From Parcubacteria group bacterium (GTDB lineage: Bacteria; Patescibacteriota; Minisyncoccia; Phycocordibacterales; 21-14-all-47-15), in contig JACOYO010000002.1 in the NCBI GenBank assembly GCA_016181845.1, positions 20,780-84,779 on the forward strand: a DNA stretch of 64,000 bases, given 5' to 3'. The notes under the pieces were generated by a model that saw only the letters and a program-made list of their open reading frames with translations, had not been told where the DNA came from and searched no databases. A program made the translations under genes and the position numbers. Positions 55,909 to 64,000 of this stretch are shown piece after piece. Position 1 is the stretch's first letter, and every line of letters starts with the position of its first letter.

Positions 55909-56766
55909 ATGAAAGCATTAAAATCAATAGCATTTATGGCGCTGATATTTCTCTTCTTTTTTACGCTTGCAATTCCGTTTATTAGTGTTGCCGACTCCGT
56001 AGGTTATATCCTTCAGCCGTTGCCTGGTTTTGACGAAAAAGCGGGTGGCTTGGGCGGATATTTTACAAGTATGTACCAATGGATAATCGGTATTGCAGGA
56101 GTCTTGGCGGTGCTTATGATTGTTGTTGCCGGCATAGAATATATGACCCCGACACCGTCTTCAAAAGAATCGGCAAAAAATCGCGCGTGGGCGGCTATTT
56201 CCGGATTACTTTTGGCGCTCGTATCATATCTTATTTTGAATACGATAAACCCCGATTTGGTGAAACAAAGTATTACGTTACCAAATGTGTCTATCCAAAA
56301 AGCGCCTGAAAATACCAATGAGCTTTTTTCAGCTCGGCAACTATTTCAAGCGCGGCTCAATCAAGAACAAACCTTCAAAGCGGCGATAAAAGATTATGCC
56401 GATTACTCCGCTTCGTTACAGGAACAACAAGATGAATTGTTAACACAGTGGCAGGAAGCGCCGGCAAATTCTGAATTAAGAAAAGTTATAGAACAAAACA
56501 TACGCAATCTTGACGCGCAGATAATTCAAAACAATAATGCACAGAACACGCTTGAGCAATTAAAAGCGGTCGCTACTCAAAATCGGATTGCTGAAGCAAA
56601 ACTTCTTACCGAAAAAGTGATTAGCGCTTCAAACAAAGAAGAAGATAAACAAATTGAAAAAAAGTGCAATGACGAAATCAATTCAAATTGGCTTACGAAA
56701 GGTAGTATTATTTATTACAATTTTTGTTTAGTCAAAAATGCTCACGGTTTCTTTAAGGTTTACTAA
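55909..56766 (+). CDS. VirB2/TrbC-like pilin candidate with C-terminal coiled-coil extension
   Basis: Signal peptide followed by two hydrophobic segments (pilin-like topology); context. Confidence 0.4.
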   Translation: MKALKSIAFMALIFLFFFTLAIPFISVADSVGYILQPLPGFDEKAGGLGGYFTSMYQWIIGIAGVLAVLMIVVAGIEYMTPTPSSKESAKNRAWAAISGLLLALVSYLILNTINPDLVKQSITLPNVSIQKAPENTNELFSARQLFQARLNQEQTFKAAIKDYADYSASLQEQQDELLTQWQEAPANSELRKVIEQNIRNLDAQIIQNNNAQNTLEQLKAVATQNRIAEAKLLTEKVISASNKEEDKQIEKKCNDEINSNWLTKGSIIYYNFCLVKNAHGFFKVY

Positions 56767-56772
56767 CCATAT

Positions 56773-58002
56773 ATGTCCAAAAAAACACTCACCATTCTCA
56801 TTGTTGTCGCGACCGTTGTAATCATCGGGCTTTTTGTTGCGGCATTTTTATTGTCGCGCGGGAAGAGCGTCGTGCCTGGTGAAGGCGGCGAAGGATTCTT
56901 TGGCGATTTTTTCCCGACCGAAGGCGGCGGAGGGCAGGCGCCCGGGGCAGGCACTGGTATTGGCACCACAAGCAAGCAAGGCATATCTGGAAAAGAAGCA
57001 TCAGCGCTACTTCCAGCTCTGCGGCAAATTACCACCGCGCCTATTGCCGGAGCGGTAGCATTTTCGCGTAATGGTAAAACATACATTCGGTATATTGAAA
57101 AAAGGACCGGCAATGTATATGAGGCAGATACCGCGTCGTATGGAAACAATCGCATCACCAATACGACCATACCGGGTGTTGCAGAAGCGTTTTGGAACCA
57201 TGACGGTTCGCAAATGGTGATTCGCTATATTGACAAAGACACGGGCGCGATAAAAAATTTTGGAGCAAAAATAAATGAATTAAAAAACACGCTTGAAGGC
57301 GCTTTTCTTCCCGACAGCATACGCGAAATTGCGGTATCTCCCGACGCAGATAAAATATTCTATACCTTGCCTTTCCAGACTGATACGGCTGGAGCTTCAG
57401 CAAACTTTGACGGCACAAAAACGCTCAATATATTTAACTCTCCGTTTTCCGAATGGCGCGTTTCATGGCCTCTGTCAAAAACAATCGCGCTTGCTACAAA
57501 ATCGTCTTTTGCCGCATCAGGGTACCTCTATTTTTTGAACACGCAGACCGAAGCGCTTAATAGCGTCTTGAGCGGCGTCCGCGGGCTCCTCGCGCTCCCA
57601 AGCCCAGATGGGAAATATGTCTTATACAGTGAAAGCACGGAAGACGGGTTTATACTCAATTTGTTTACCCGCGGGAATAAAGCAGTAACCGAGTTGCCAA
57701 CGAGCACCTTGCCGGAAAAGTGCGTATGGGCAAAAGATAGCATTACACTCTACTGCGCGGCGCCGCTTATCATCCCTATGGGAAAATATCCCGATGCTTG
57801 GTATCAGGGAATAGTATCTTTTTCTGATGATATTTGGAAAATAAATACTGAAACCGGTTTTATTGATTTGGTAATGCAGTTGGAAGATGAAGCCCGCGTG
57901 CCGATTGACGCACTGAATCCCGCTTTGAGTCCCGATGAAGATTATCTTATATTCATCAACAAAAAAGACTCCTCGTTGTGGAGCCTTAGATTAGCTTTTT
58001 AG
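56773..58002 (+). CDS. membrane-anchored TolB-like beta-propeller (PD40 repeats) protein
   Basis: N-terminal TM helix; SPDGKYVLYSE, SPDEDYLIFIN repeats. Confidence 0.55.
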   Translation: MSKKTLTILIVVATVVIIGLFVAAFLLSRGKSVVPGEGGEGFFGDFFPTEGGGGQAPGAGTGIGTTSKQGISGKEASALLPALRQITTAPIAGAVAFSRNGKTYIRYIEKRTGNVYEADTASYGNNRITNTTIPGVAEAFWNHDGSQMVIRYIDKDTGAIKNFGAKINELKNTLEGAFLPDSIREIAVSPDADKIFYTLPFQTDTAGASANFDGTKTLNIFNSPFSEWRVSWPLSKTIALATKSSFAASGYLYFLNTQTEALNSVLSGVRGLLALPSPDGKYVLYSESTEDGFILNLFTRGNKAVTELPTSTLPEKCVWAKDSITLYCAAPLIIPMGKYPDAWYQGIVSFSDDIWKINTETGFIDLVMQLEDEARVPIDALNPALSPDEDYLIFINKKDSSLWSLRLAF

Positions 58003-58039
58003 CTTGTTAAGTCTTAGCTTTTTAGGAATATGTCAAAAA

Positions 58040-58068
58040 ACACCAATGCAAAGCCTTGGTGTTTTTTC
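58040..58068. terminator. bidirectional terminator hairpin between convergent genes
   Basis: AAAAAACACCAATGCAAAGCCTTGGTGTTTTTT. Confidence 0.6.
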
Positions 58069-58084
58069 CTAACCAGCTAATAAG

Positions 58085-58558
58085 CTAAAAAGCTACGTAC
58101 TTAATCACCACCCTTCTTCCCATTCCAAAGCCGGTTGATTCCGTTGCTATGTCGGGAGTTTCCGCGAGGACAGAATGCACCACCATGCGGTCATACGGAT
58201 TCATCGGGTCCATTTCTATAGCGCTTTTGAAAAAACGCGCGCGCTCGGCAAGCATGAGCGCTTTATTTTTGAGCTCAACGTCCTGCTTTGCTTTGTAGCC
58301 GTTGACGTCAATGGTATATATTTTTCTTTCTTTGTGTTTCTCAAAACCAAATTTTTTCTCCATCGCTTTTTTGAAAATATGGTTTAATGCGAGAAGCGTT
58401 TCGCCGTCTTTACCTATTAACAAATGCGGCTCATCGGTATACAGCATATATTTGGCGTACGCAGTGGCGGGGTCTGATACAATCTCTATTTTTTCAACCA
58501 AAATACCGCTTGCGTTGAGAAGGTCTTTTATAAATATCTGTGCACTTTGCTCCTCCAT
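58085..58558 (-). CDS. jag: Jag/KhpB-like RNA-binding protein (KH + R3H)
   Basis: KH GxxG-like LIGKDGETL; R3H-like C-terminus; downstream of yidC. Confidence 0.7.
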   Translation of the reverse strand: MEEQSAQIFIKDLLNASGILVEKIEIVSDPATAYAKYMLYTDEPHLLIGKDGETLLALNHIFKKAMEKKFGFEKHKERKIYTIDVNGYKAKQDVELKNKALMLAERARFFKSAIEMDPMNPYDRMVVHSVLAETPDIATESTGFGMGRRVVIKYVAF

Positions 58559-58654
58559 ATATAAGTATTATCTTCTTCATATAACACACCGCATCAAAAA
58601 TTACAAACTGCCGTCTGTTGAAGTTTGACTTCAGCAGACGACTTTCCGTTGAAG

Positions 58655-59389
58655 TCAAACTTCAACGGAAAGCAATTTCTTTGCTTTGCGGCGCACAAAC
58701 AATTCATGTCCGATGCTGAAACAATTGCTGGTGACCCAATAGAGAGCGACTGCCGATGATATTGTGTAGGCGATAAAGGCGACAAGCACCGGCATAACAT
58801 AACGCATCTGGACGCTCATGCTCTTTGCGAGCTCATCTTTGAATGAGCGCTCGGCGCTTGACGATTCGGTTGGTATTGGAGGCATAGATAATCGTATCTG
58901 CAAGAATTGGGTTATGCCGGCAAGCAAAGCAAGCAAAATGCTTTTCCCGTGCATATCAATAAACCCCAAGAACAGTGTATTGACGTGACCCGGAAAAGAA
59001 ATGAAAGAATACAGTAAACTGGAATCTGGCTTTATACCTTTTAAGAATACCCAATAAAGGGCGAAAATAATCGGGAGCTGGACGACAAGCAAGAAACAAC
59101 CGGAAAAAGGGTTCACGCCGTGTCTTTGGTAAAGTTCCATGGTTTTTTTTGCCTGCTCTTGTTTATTATCTTTTGTTTCCTCTCGTATTTTTTTGATGTG
59201 CGGGTCAAGGGTACGTATTTTTGCCTGCGTGGATACCGACTTATGCGAAAGAGGGAAGAGAATAATTTTTACCAAGAGGGTCAAAAAAATAACCGCAAAT
59301 CCGAGACTTGCCCCAGGCGACACGTCTACCAAAAATACCAATGCGTTATATAGCGGTTGATAGAAAATGGTATTGAATAATTCGGTCAT
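58655..59389 (-). CDS. yidC: membrane protein insertase YidC/Oxa1 family (short form)
   Basis: 244 aa; five TM helices; YidC core pattern; yidC-jag synteny. Confidence 0.8.
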   Translation of the reverse strand: MTELFNTIFYQPLYNALVFLVDVSPGASLGFAVIFLTLLVKIILFPLSHKSVSTQAKIRTLDPHIKKIREETKDNKQEQAKKTMELYQRHGVNPFSGCFLLVVQLPIIFALYWVFLKGIKPDSSLLYSFISFPGHVNTLFLGFIDMHGKSILLALLAGITQFLQIRLSMPPIPTESSSAERSFKDELAKSMSVQMRYVMPVLVAFIAYTISSAVALYWVTSNCFSIGHELFVRRKAKKLLSVEV

Positions 59390-59633
59390 GGTATAGAGTA
59401 TACGTGAAAAAACACATAAATCAAAATATATTATTGGCCATGGTTGATTTTTATTAGCCAGTGGTGCATACTATTATATACTTGGAAATTCCAAGTTTTG
59501 ATTATATGTATGTTACATATAATCTTTATTTTTCCTTTCCCGCCGTTTTTTATAGATGGCGGGGCTCGGAAGGAAAATCATTGATTATAAGCGGTTTTAT
59601 CTGCTTTTCGGATAAAATCTAATTTAAAAACTT

Positions 59634-59723
59634 ATGGACGAGGAAAAGACATGCACCTGCGGTACGGATGTACCTTGCAAAGAGCACGGTGGCGAAAAGA
59701 AAGAGGACGAAATGAACGGCTAA
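59634..59723 (+). CDS. 29-aa Cys-rich micropeptide candidate (MDEEKTCTCGTDVPCKEHGGEKKEDEMNG)
   Basis: Manual ORF between a structured leader and a strong terminator. Confidence 0.25.
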   Translation: MDEEKTCTCGTDVPCKEHGGEKKEDEMNG

Positions 59724-59727
59724 ATAT

Positions 59728-59771
59728 ACCCGCAACAAAAAACCTCCTTACGGAGGTTTTTTGTTGCGGGT
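59728..59771 (+). terminator. rho-independent terminator
   Basis: ACCCGCAACAAAAAACCTCCTTACGGAGGTTTTTTGTTGCGGGT. Confidence 0.7.
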
Positions 59772-59874
59772 GGCAAGAGTCATTTTTCTCTGCTACCATA
59801 TTATTTAGTTGCGCGGGCCATAGTTTAGTCAAAATTGAACCTCGCTCTATAGTTTGCTATAATAATATAGCGCT

Positions 59875-60540
59875 ATGACGAAAATTCTTATTAAAAAAGA
59901 AGCCATTGAACTTCGCAGTCAGGGATATTCGTATAAGTATATAGCCCAAAAACTCCGCGTTTCTAAAAGCACATTGAGCAGCTGGCTTTCCTGTGTCTCG
60001 TATGTGCCAAATGAAGAAACTATGCAGAGAATAGAACAAGCCAGAGAAAAATCAGGTAAAGCAAAAAATCGGCAAAAGGTTGAATCAATAACAAAAGCGC
60101 AAGAAATGGCAAAAAAAGACATAGGCAGACTTACGCGACGGGATTTGTTTATGTTGGGGGTCGGCCTGTACATAGGAGAAGGCAGTAAAACAATGAATTT
60201 AGTCAGAATAATTAATGCAAATCCAAAAGTGATATCCTTTGCTATCAGATGGTTTAAGGAGATATGCGGCTTGAATAACGAACATTTTTCTATTAGGATT
60301 CATTTGTACCCTGATAACAATGTTGAAGATTGTCTGCGTTTTTGGTCGAGGTCTTCCGGGCTTCCACGAAAACAATTTCAGAAGACACAAATTGATTTGA
60401 GGACAAATAAAAAAATATCTAAAAGAGGAAAACTTCCTTATGGAACAGCGCACATAACAATAAAAAGCAGAGGAAGAAAAGAGTTCGGAGTATTTCTAGC
60501 CAGGAAGATCCATTTTTGGATGGAAGAAGTGGTGAAATAA
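59875..60540 (+). CDS. HTH + LAGLIDADG-like homing-endonuclease-domain protein, immediately upstream of tRNA-Gly
   Basis: N-terminal resolvase/Hin-like HTH (GYSYKYIAQKLRVSKSTLSSWL); LFMLGVGLYIGEGS resembles a LAGLIDADG motif. Confidence 0.4.
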   Translation: MTKILIKKEAIELRSQGYSYKYIAQKLRVSKSTLSSWLSCVSYVPNEETMQRIEQAREKSGKAKNRQKVESITKAQEMAKKDIGRLTRRDLFMLGVGLYIGEGSKTMNLVRIINANPKVISFAIRWFKEICGLNNEHFSIRIHLYPDNNVEDCLRFWSRSSGLPRKQFQKTQIDLRTNKKISKRGKLPYGTAHITIKSRGRKEFGVFLARKIHFWMEEVVK

Positions 60541-60546
60541 AAACTT

Positions 60547-60617
60547 GCGGGATTAGTTTAATGGTAGAACATCAGTTTTCCAAACTGATGGCAGGAGTTC
60601 GATTCTCCTATCCCGCA
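60547..60617 (+). tRNA. tRNA-Gly (anticodon TCC)
   Basis: Acceptor GCGGGAT/ATCCCGC, D-arm GTTT-AATGGTA-GAAC, anticodon stem TCAGT/ACTGA loop TTTCCAA, T-arm AGGAG-TTCGATT-CTCCT, discriminator A. Confidence 0.8.
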
Positions 60618-60875
60618 TAAAAATAAGGAGCACAAAGCGAAGCTTTGGGCGACTATATTTTTTATAGCGGGTATGGAGAATCGAAAGGCGGAGGCCGCGA
60701 AGCCGAATCCGAAGCGAAGCATAGGATTCGTGGCCGAGCCAGGGTCGTGAGCGCATATTTATAAAGAACGTAGCGATTATATAAATAGCGACTCCTGACC
60801 GATTCTCCTATCCCGCATAAAAATAAGGAGCACGAAGCGAAGCTTTGGACGACTATATTTTTTATAGCGGGTATG
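60601..60875 (+). repeat. 200-bp periodic unit: 75-bp direct repeat (tRNA-Gly 3' end + 58-nt trailer including the alr ATG) at 60601-60675 and 60801-60875, enclosing the shared 76-bp GC-rich module (60678-60753)
   Basis: Direct comparison; 2 mismatches between repeats; module 70/76 identical to the tRNA-Arg locus. Confidence 0.85.
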
Positions 60876-62024
60876 AAAAAAAAATCTATTGATACCAAGG
60901 GTCTACGCACGTGGATTGAAATTGACACGAAAGCGCTGAAACATAATTTCAGTATTTTTCGCAATAAAATTGAGCCGAAGGTGCAATTGATGGCCATAGC
61001 AAAGTCAAACGCTTACGGTCATGGGCTGGTGCCGTACGCAAAGACGATGGAGCGTTTTGGCGCTGACTGGCTCGGTGTTGATTCAATCAAAGAAGCGCTT
61101 CGGTTGAGAAAAGATGGAATAAAATGCCCGATTTTGGTGCTTGGTTATACGCTTCCTGAAAATATCTCGCTTGGCGCTCGTTACGCGATTGACCTCACAG
61201 TTTCCACAAAAGAAGGGCTTTCATATTGCGCCAAACTTCCTTCGAGCGACAAACAAAAACTCCGTATCCATTTGAAAATTGATACCGGAATGGGACGGCA
61301 GGGTTTTTTTGCGGAAGACATGGCGGCAGTCGCGCGGTTTCTCAAAAAGAATTTTTCAAAAAACACTATTGCTGGCGTGTATACGCATTTTGCCACGGCA
61401 AAAAATCCGAGTTTCCCGAAAGAGACGCTTGAGCAGATAGGGCGTTTCAAAAAAGCAGTCGCCATACTGCATAATGCCGGCTTCACGCCAATTCGTCACG
61501 CGTGCGCCACGTCCGGCACTATCCTTTTCCCTTCGGCGCATTTTGATATGGTTCGTATCGGCATTGGCTTATTTGGTCTTTGGCCAGCAAAAGAAGTGCA
61601 AGCCGCGTATGAAAAGCGTATCTCTTTGAAACCGGCGCTTTCGTGGAAGACCATTATCAGTGAAGTAAAGACGTTTCCTAATGGGAGCGGTATCGGATAT
61701 GACCTCACCGAAAGATTGCCGGCAGGTTCTCGCATTGCCGTTTGTCCTATCGGATATTGGCACGGCTACCCGCGCGCGCTTTCAAGCATAGGCAGAGGGC
61801 TGATACGCGGAAAAATCGCAAAAATAACAGGCCGTGTTTCCATGGATATGATAGCAATTGATGTAACAAAGATTGCCAACGCGCGGGTAGGGGACGAGGT
61901 CGTTTTGATTGGTTGTGATAAAAACGCCTGTATAACTGCCGACGAGCTGGCGTTTCTTGCCGATACCACCAATTATGAAATAGTTACGCGGATTAACCCG
62001 CTTATCAAAAGAATATATTTATAG
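60873..62024 (+). CDS. alr: alanine racemase
   Basis: AIAKSNAYGHG PLP-lysine motif. Confidence 0.85.
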   Translation: MKKKSIDTKGLRTWIEIDTKALKHNFSIFRNKIEPKVQLMAIAKSNAYGHGLVPYAKTMERFGADWLGVDSIKEALRLRKDGIKCPILVLGYTLPENISLGARYAIDLTVSTKEGLSYCAKLPSSDKQKLRIHLKIDTGMGRQGFFAEDMAAVARFLKKNFSKNTIAGVYTHFATAKNPSFPKETLEQIGRFKKAVAILHNAGFTPIRHACATSGTILFPSAHFDMVRIGIGLFGLWPAKEVQAAYEKRISLKPALSWKTIISEVKTFPNGSGIGYDLTERLPAGSRIAVCPIGYWHGYPRALSSIGRGLIRGKIAKITGRVSMDMIAIDVTKIANARVGDEVVLIGCDKNACITADELAFLADTTNYEIVTRINPLIKRIYL

Positions 62025-62040
62025 ACCCGCGCAAATGAAT

Positions 62041-62109
62041 CCGTGAAGGACGGTCCTTCACGGATTGAAAACAAAAAAATCCCCTGACATAATATCAGGG
62101 GATTTTTTG
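62041..62109. terminator. two hairpin terminators between convergent alr and hup
   Basis: CCGTGAAGGACGGTCCTTCACGG; AAAAAATCCCCTGACATAATATCAGGGGATTTTTT. Confidence 0.65.
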
Positions 62110-62130
62110 TTTTCTTGATCAAGAAAACTT

Positions 62131-62403
62131 TTATTTGACTGAATCCTTGAATGCCTTTGCTGCGCGGAATTTTGGTACGCGCATTGCGGGAACCTGCACG
62201 GTCGCGCCGGTTCGCGGATTTCGCGCGGTTCGCGCCGCGCGTTGTTTTGCGGAGAAAATACCGAGTCCAGCGATTGAAACTTCACCGCCCGATTTGAGCG
62301 TATTGATAATGGAATTAACAAAAATATCAGTGGCTTCTTCTGCTGATGATTTTGTAATACCCAATTTCTGGTGGATTGCGTCAACGATAGCTGCTTTATT
62401 CAT
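62131..62403 (-). CDS. hup: DNA-binding protein HU (start trimmed to MNKAAIV)
   Basis: HU signature GFGxF..R.AR.GRNP.TG. Confidence 0.85.
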   Translation of the reverse strand: MNKAAIVDAIHQKLGITKSSAEEATDIFVNSIINTLKSGGEVSIAGLGIFSAKQRAARTARNPRTGATVQVPAMRVPKFRAAKAFKDSVK

Positions 62404-62696
62404 AAGAATGTTATAGAGAATGAATACATTGGTTGATAAAGTCGACCACAATACATGCTAGACCATGCAAACTATGAAAAGTCTAGATTGTAGGCCCATA
62501 ATTACATTATATAAGAAGCGTTTTTTTGCGCAAGAATAGTATAAACAGCGATTTATCAGACCAAATCTAAAAAGAAAAGTCAAAAAAACATTCCTATCGC
62601 CTATTTCACCTGCCAAAAGCAGGGTCAATAACGGCGATTTCCATTCTACTTACCGTAGAATGGAATCGGATGAAAAATAAAGCAGTTTATTTTTCA

Positions 62697-64000
62697 TTAG
62701 CGCGCGTATTCTATGACACGCGATTCGCGGATGACGTTTACCTTTATTTCCCCGGGATATTTTAGTTCTTGTTCAATCCGGCGAGCGATATCTTGAGCAA
62801 GTTTTCGCGCATCTATATCGGAAATTTTTTCCGGAACCACAAAGACCCGTATTTCGCGTCCTGCCTGAATCGCGTGCGCGTGCTCAACTCCATCAAAAGA
62901 TGTCGCAATACCTTCAAGGTCGCCAAGACGTTTCAGATAATGCTCAACCGTGTCGCGCCGCGCGCCAGGGCGTCCGCCTGATATGGCATCGGCAACCTGC
63001 ACGATGATTGATTCAACGGTTTCATACGGATATTCTTCATGATGCGCTTGCATTGCCTGGATAATTCGTTTGTCCGCGCCGAATTTTTCAAGAATGCGAC
63101 GCCCTATTTCCACATGAGTGCCCTGCACTTCGTGGTCAACCGCTTTTCCTATGTCATGGAGGAGCGCTCCGGCTTTTGCTATGACAACATCCGCCCCCAA
63201 CTCTTCAGCAAGGACCGCTGAAATGTGCGCCATTTCAATAGAATGTTGAAGCACGTTTTGACCATAACTTGTTCTGAAATACAGCCGTCCCAAAATAGAG
63301 ATGATGCGTGGGTCAAGATTGTAGACACCGCACTCATATGCCGCCTGTTCCCCTTTTTCTTTTATGATTTTATTGATTTCCGAGCGCGCTTTTTCAATCG
63401 CATCTTCTATTTTTGCGGGCTGAATCCGTCCGTCCATAATCAAATTCTCAAGCGCCACTCGGGCAATTTGTCTGCGCACCGGATCAAAAGCGGAAATGGT
63501 AATGGTGCCGGGCGTATCATCAACGATTAAATCAACACCCGCAATCCGTTCAAACGCGCGGATATTACGGCCTTCTTTACCGATGATTTTTCCTTTAACG
63601 TCATCAGAAGGAATGGTAATTGACGTCGCCATAACTTCAGAAGCGACGGAATTGCCGAGCCGATGTATTGAGGCGGTCAGTATTTCTTTTGCTTTTCGGT
63701 CAAGCTGTTCGGCGCCGAACATATCCAATTTTTTCAGACGCAAAAGCAACGCTTCTTCGTTTTTCTTCTCCGCTTCTTTGATAAGAAGTTCTTTCGCGTC
63801 TTCTTGCGAAAGATTCGCGACCTCTTCAAGCTTCTTTGAAGCCGTGTTTTGTATTTCTTCCGTTCGCGCTTTGATATTTTTTGCTTCCTCTATATATTTT
63901 TTAACGGTTCCTTCTTGCGCAAAGAGTTCCGTTTGTCGCTTGTCCAGCAACTCCTCTTTTTTAACCAGTCTGTCTTGAGCTTGTTTCGTCTCAAGCTCTT
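62697..64000 (-). CDS. rny: ribonuclease Y, N-terminus beyond the window end
   Basis: KH domain (GKEGRNIRAFE), HD domain (HSIEMAHIS...HDIGK); frame open to position 64000. Confidence 0.85.
   Translation of the reverse strand, partial: ELETKQAQDRLVKKEELLDKRQTELFAQEGTVKKYIEEAKNIKARTEEIQNTASKKLEEVANLSQEDAKELLIKEAEKKNEEALLLRLKKLDMFGAEQLDRKAKEILTASIHRLGNSVASEVMATSITIPSDDVKGKIIGKEGRNIRAFERIAGVDLIVDDTPGTITISAFDPVRRQIARVALENLIMDGRIQPAKIEDAIEKARSEINKIIKEKGEQAAYECGVYNLDPRIISILGRLYFRTSYGQNVLQHSIEMAHISAVLAEELGADVVIAKAGALLHDIGKAVDHEVQGTHVEIGRRILEKFGADKRIIQAMQAHHEEYPYETVESIIVQVADAISGGRPGARRDTVEHYLKRLGDLEGIATSFDGVEHAHAIQAGREIRVFVVPEKISDIDARKLAQDIARRIEQELKYPGEIKVNVIRESRVIEYAR

Noticed and set aside
1-64000. 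CRISPR array, rRNA genes, prophage or integrase, tmRNA, RNase P RNA, SRP RNA
   Set aside because: None was recognised on reading the sequence. No regularly spaced direct repeats, no integrase or transposase ORF, and no RNase P, SRP or tmRNA signature motif (for example GGAAAGTCCGG) was found by eye. An Infernal scan would be needed to exclude small RNAs.

Overview
The gene content suggests a small-genome bacterium of the Candidate Phyla Radiation / Patescibacteria type: many secreted hypothetical proteins, PilB, a LysM-M23 peptidase, PolA without a full proofreading domain, and a T4SS-like cluster. Gene density is high and the genetic code appears standard (long uninterrupted ORFs, no UGA recoding). 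Everything below was read by eye from the sequence and the ORF track; I ran no searches.

Housekeeping backbone:
- The replication-origin region rpmH-rnpA-yidD <- | -> dnaA-dnaN, with DnaA-box-like 9-mers and an AT-rich tract between dnaA and dnaN. rpmH (44 aa) is missing from the ORF track and was recovered by hand.
- PBP1A, tyrS, ruvC-yebC, a Phd/RelE-like toxin-antitoxin pair, ruvB, pilB, an ABC1/UbiB kinase, tsaE, polA, holA-like, gmk, a TrmH-family methyltransferase, murE-like, ruvA, rpsT, nth, ruvX, a LysM-M23 peptidase, uvrD/pcrA, ksgA, yidC-jag, alr, hup and a partial rny.
- Four tRNAs found by eye: Lys-TTT (minus strand), Arg-GCG, Ser-TGA and Gly-TCC.

Accessory content:
(a) An 18-kb cluster (about 45-58 kb) of secreted and membrane proteins. 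It includes a VirB6/TrbL-like polytopic protein, a PrgI-like protein, a VirB4-family ATPase split by in-frame TAATAA stops, a VirB2-like pilin candidate and a TolB-like propeller. No relaxase, VirD4 or VirB11 is present. This looks like a minimal T4SS-like apparatus.
(b) Four intergenic repeat families:
- Family A: an ~78-bp REP/MITE-like hairpin, GACGTCCGACCTCTGA...TCAGAGGTCGGACGTC, in five full copies and one half copy.
- Family B: an AT-rich inverted repeat that flanks a four-helix-bundle gene like a cargo.
- Family C: a GAATTACGAAACTC palindrome whose centre is swapped or invaded, once by a family-A copy and once by a 110-bp GC-rich insert.
- Family D: a TACAAAGG/CCTTTGTA palindrome inserted in-frame twice inside ksgA.
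(c) tRNA-Arg and tRNA-Gly are each followed by a 200-bp unit: the tRNA 3' end plus trailer (54/75 bp, copied exactly 200 bp downstream), a shared 76-bp GC-rich module, and a 47-bp tail. This resembles att-like duplications from miniature tRNA-targeting elements. HNH and LAGLIDADG-like endonuclease genes sit beside tRNA-Ser and tRNA-Gly.
(d) A saccharopine-dehydrogenase-like gene carries an in-frame TAA.
(e) Two paralogous ~55-aa membrane proteins bracket the UbiB-like kinase.

No CRISPR array, rRNA or prophage was recognised.
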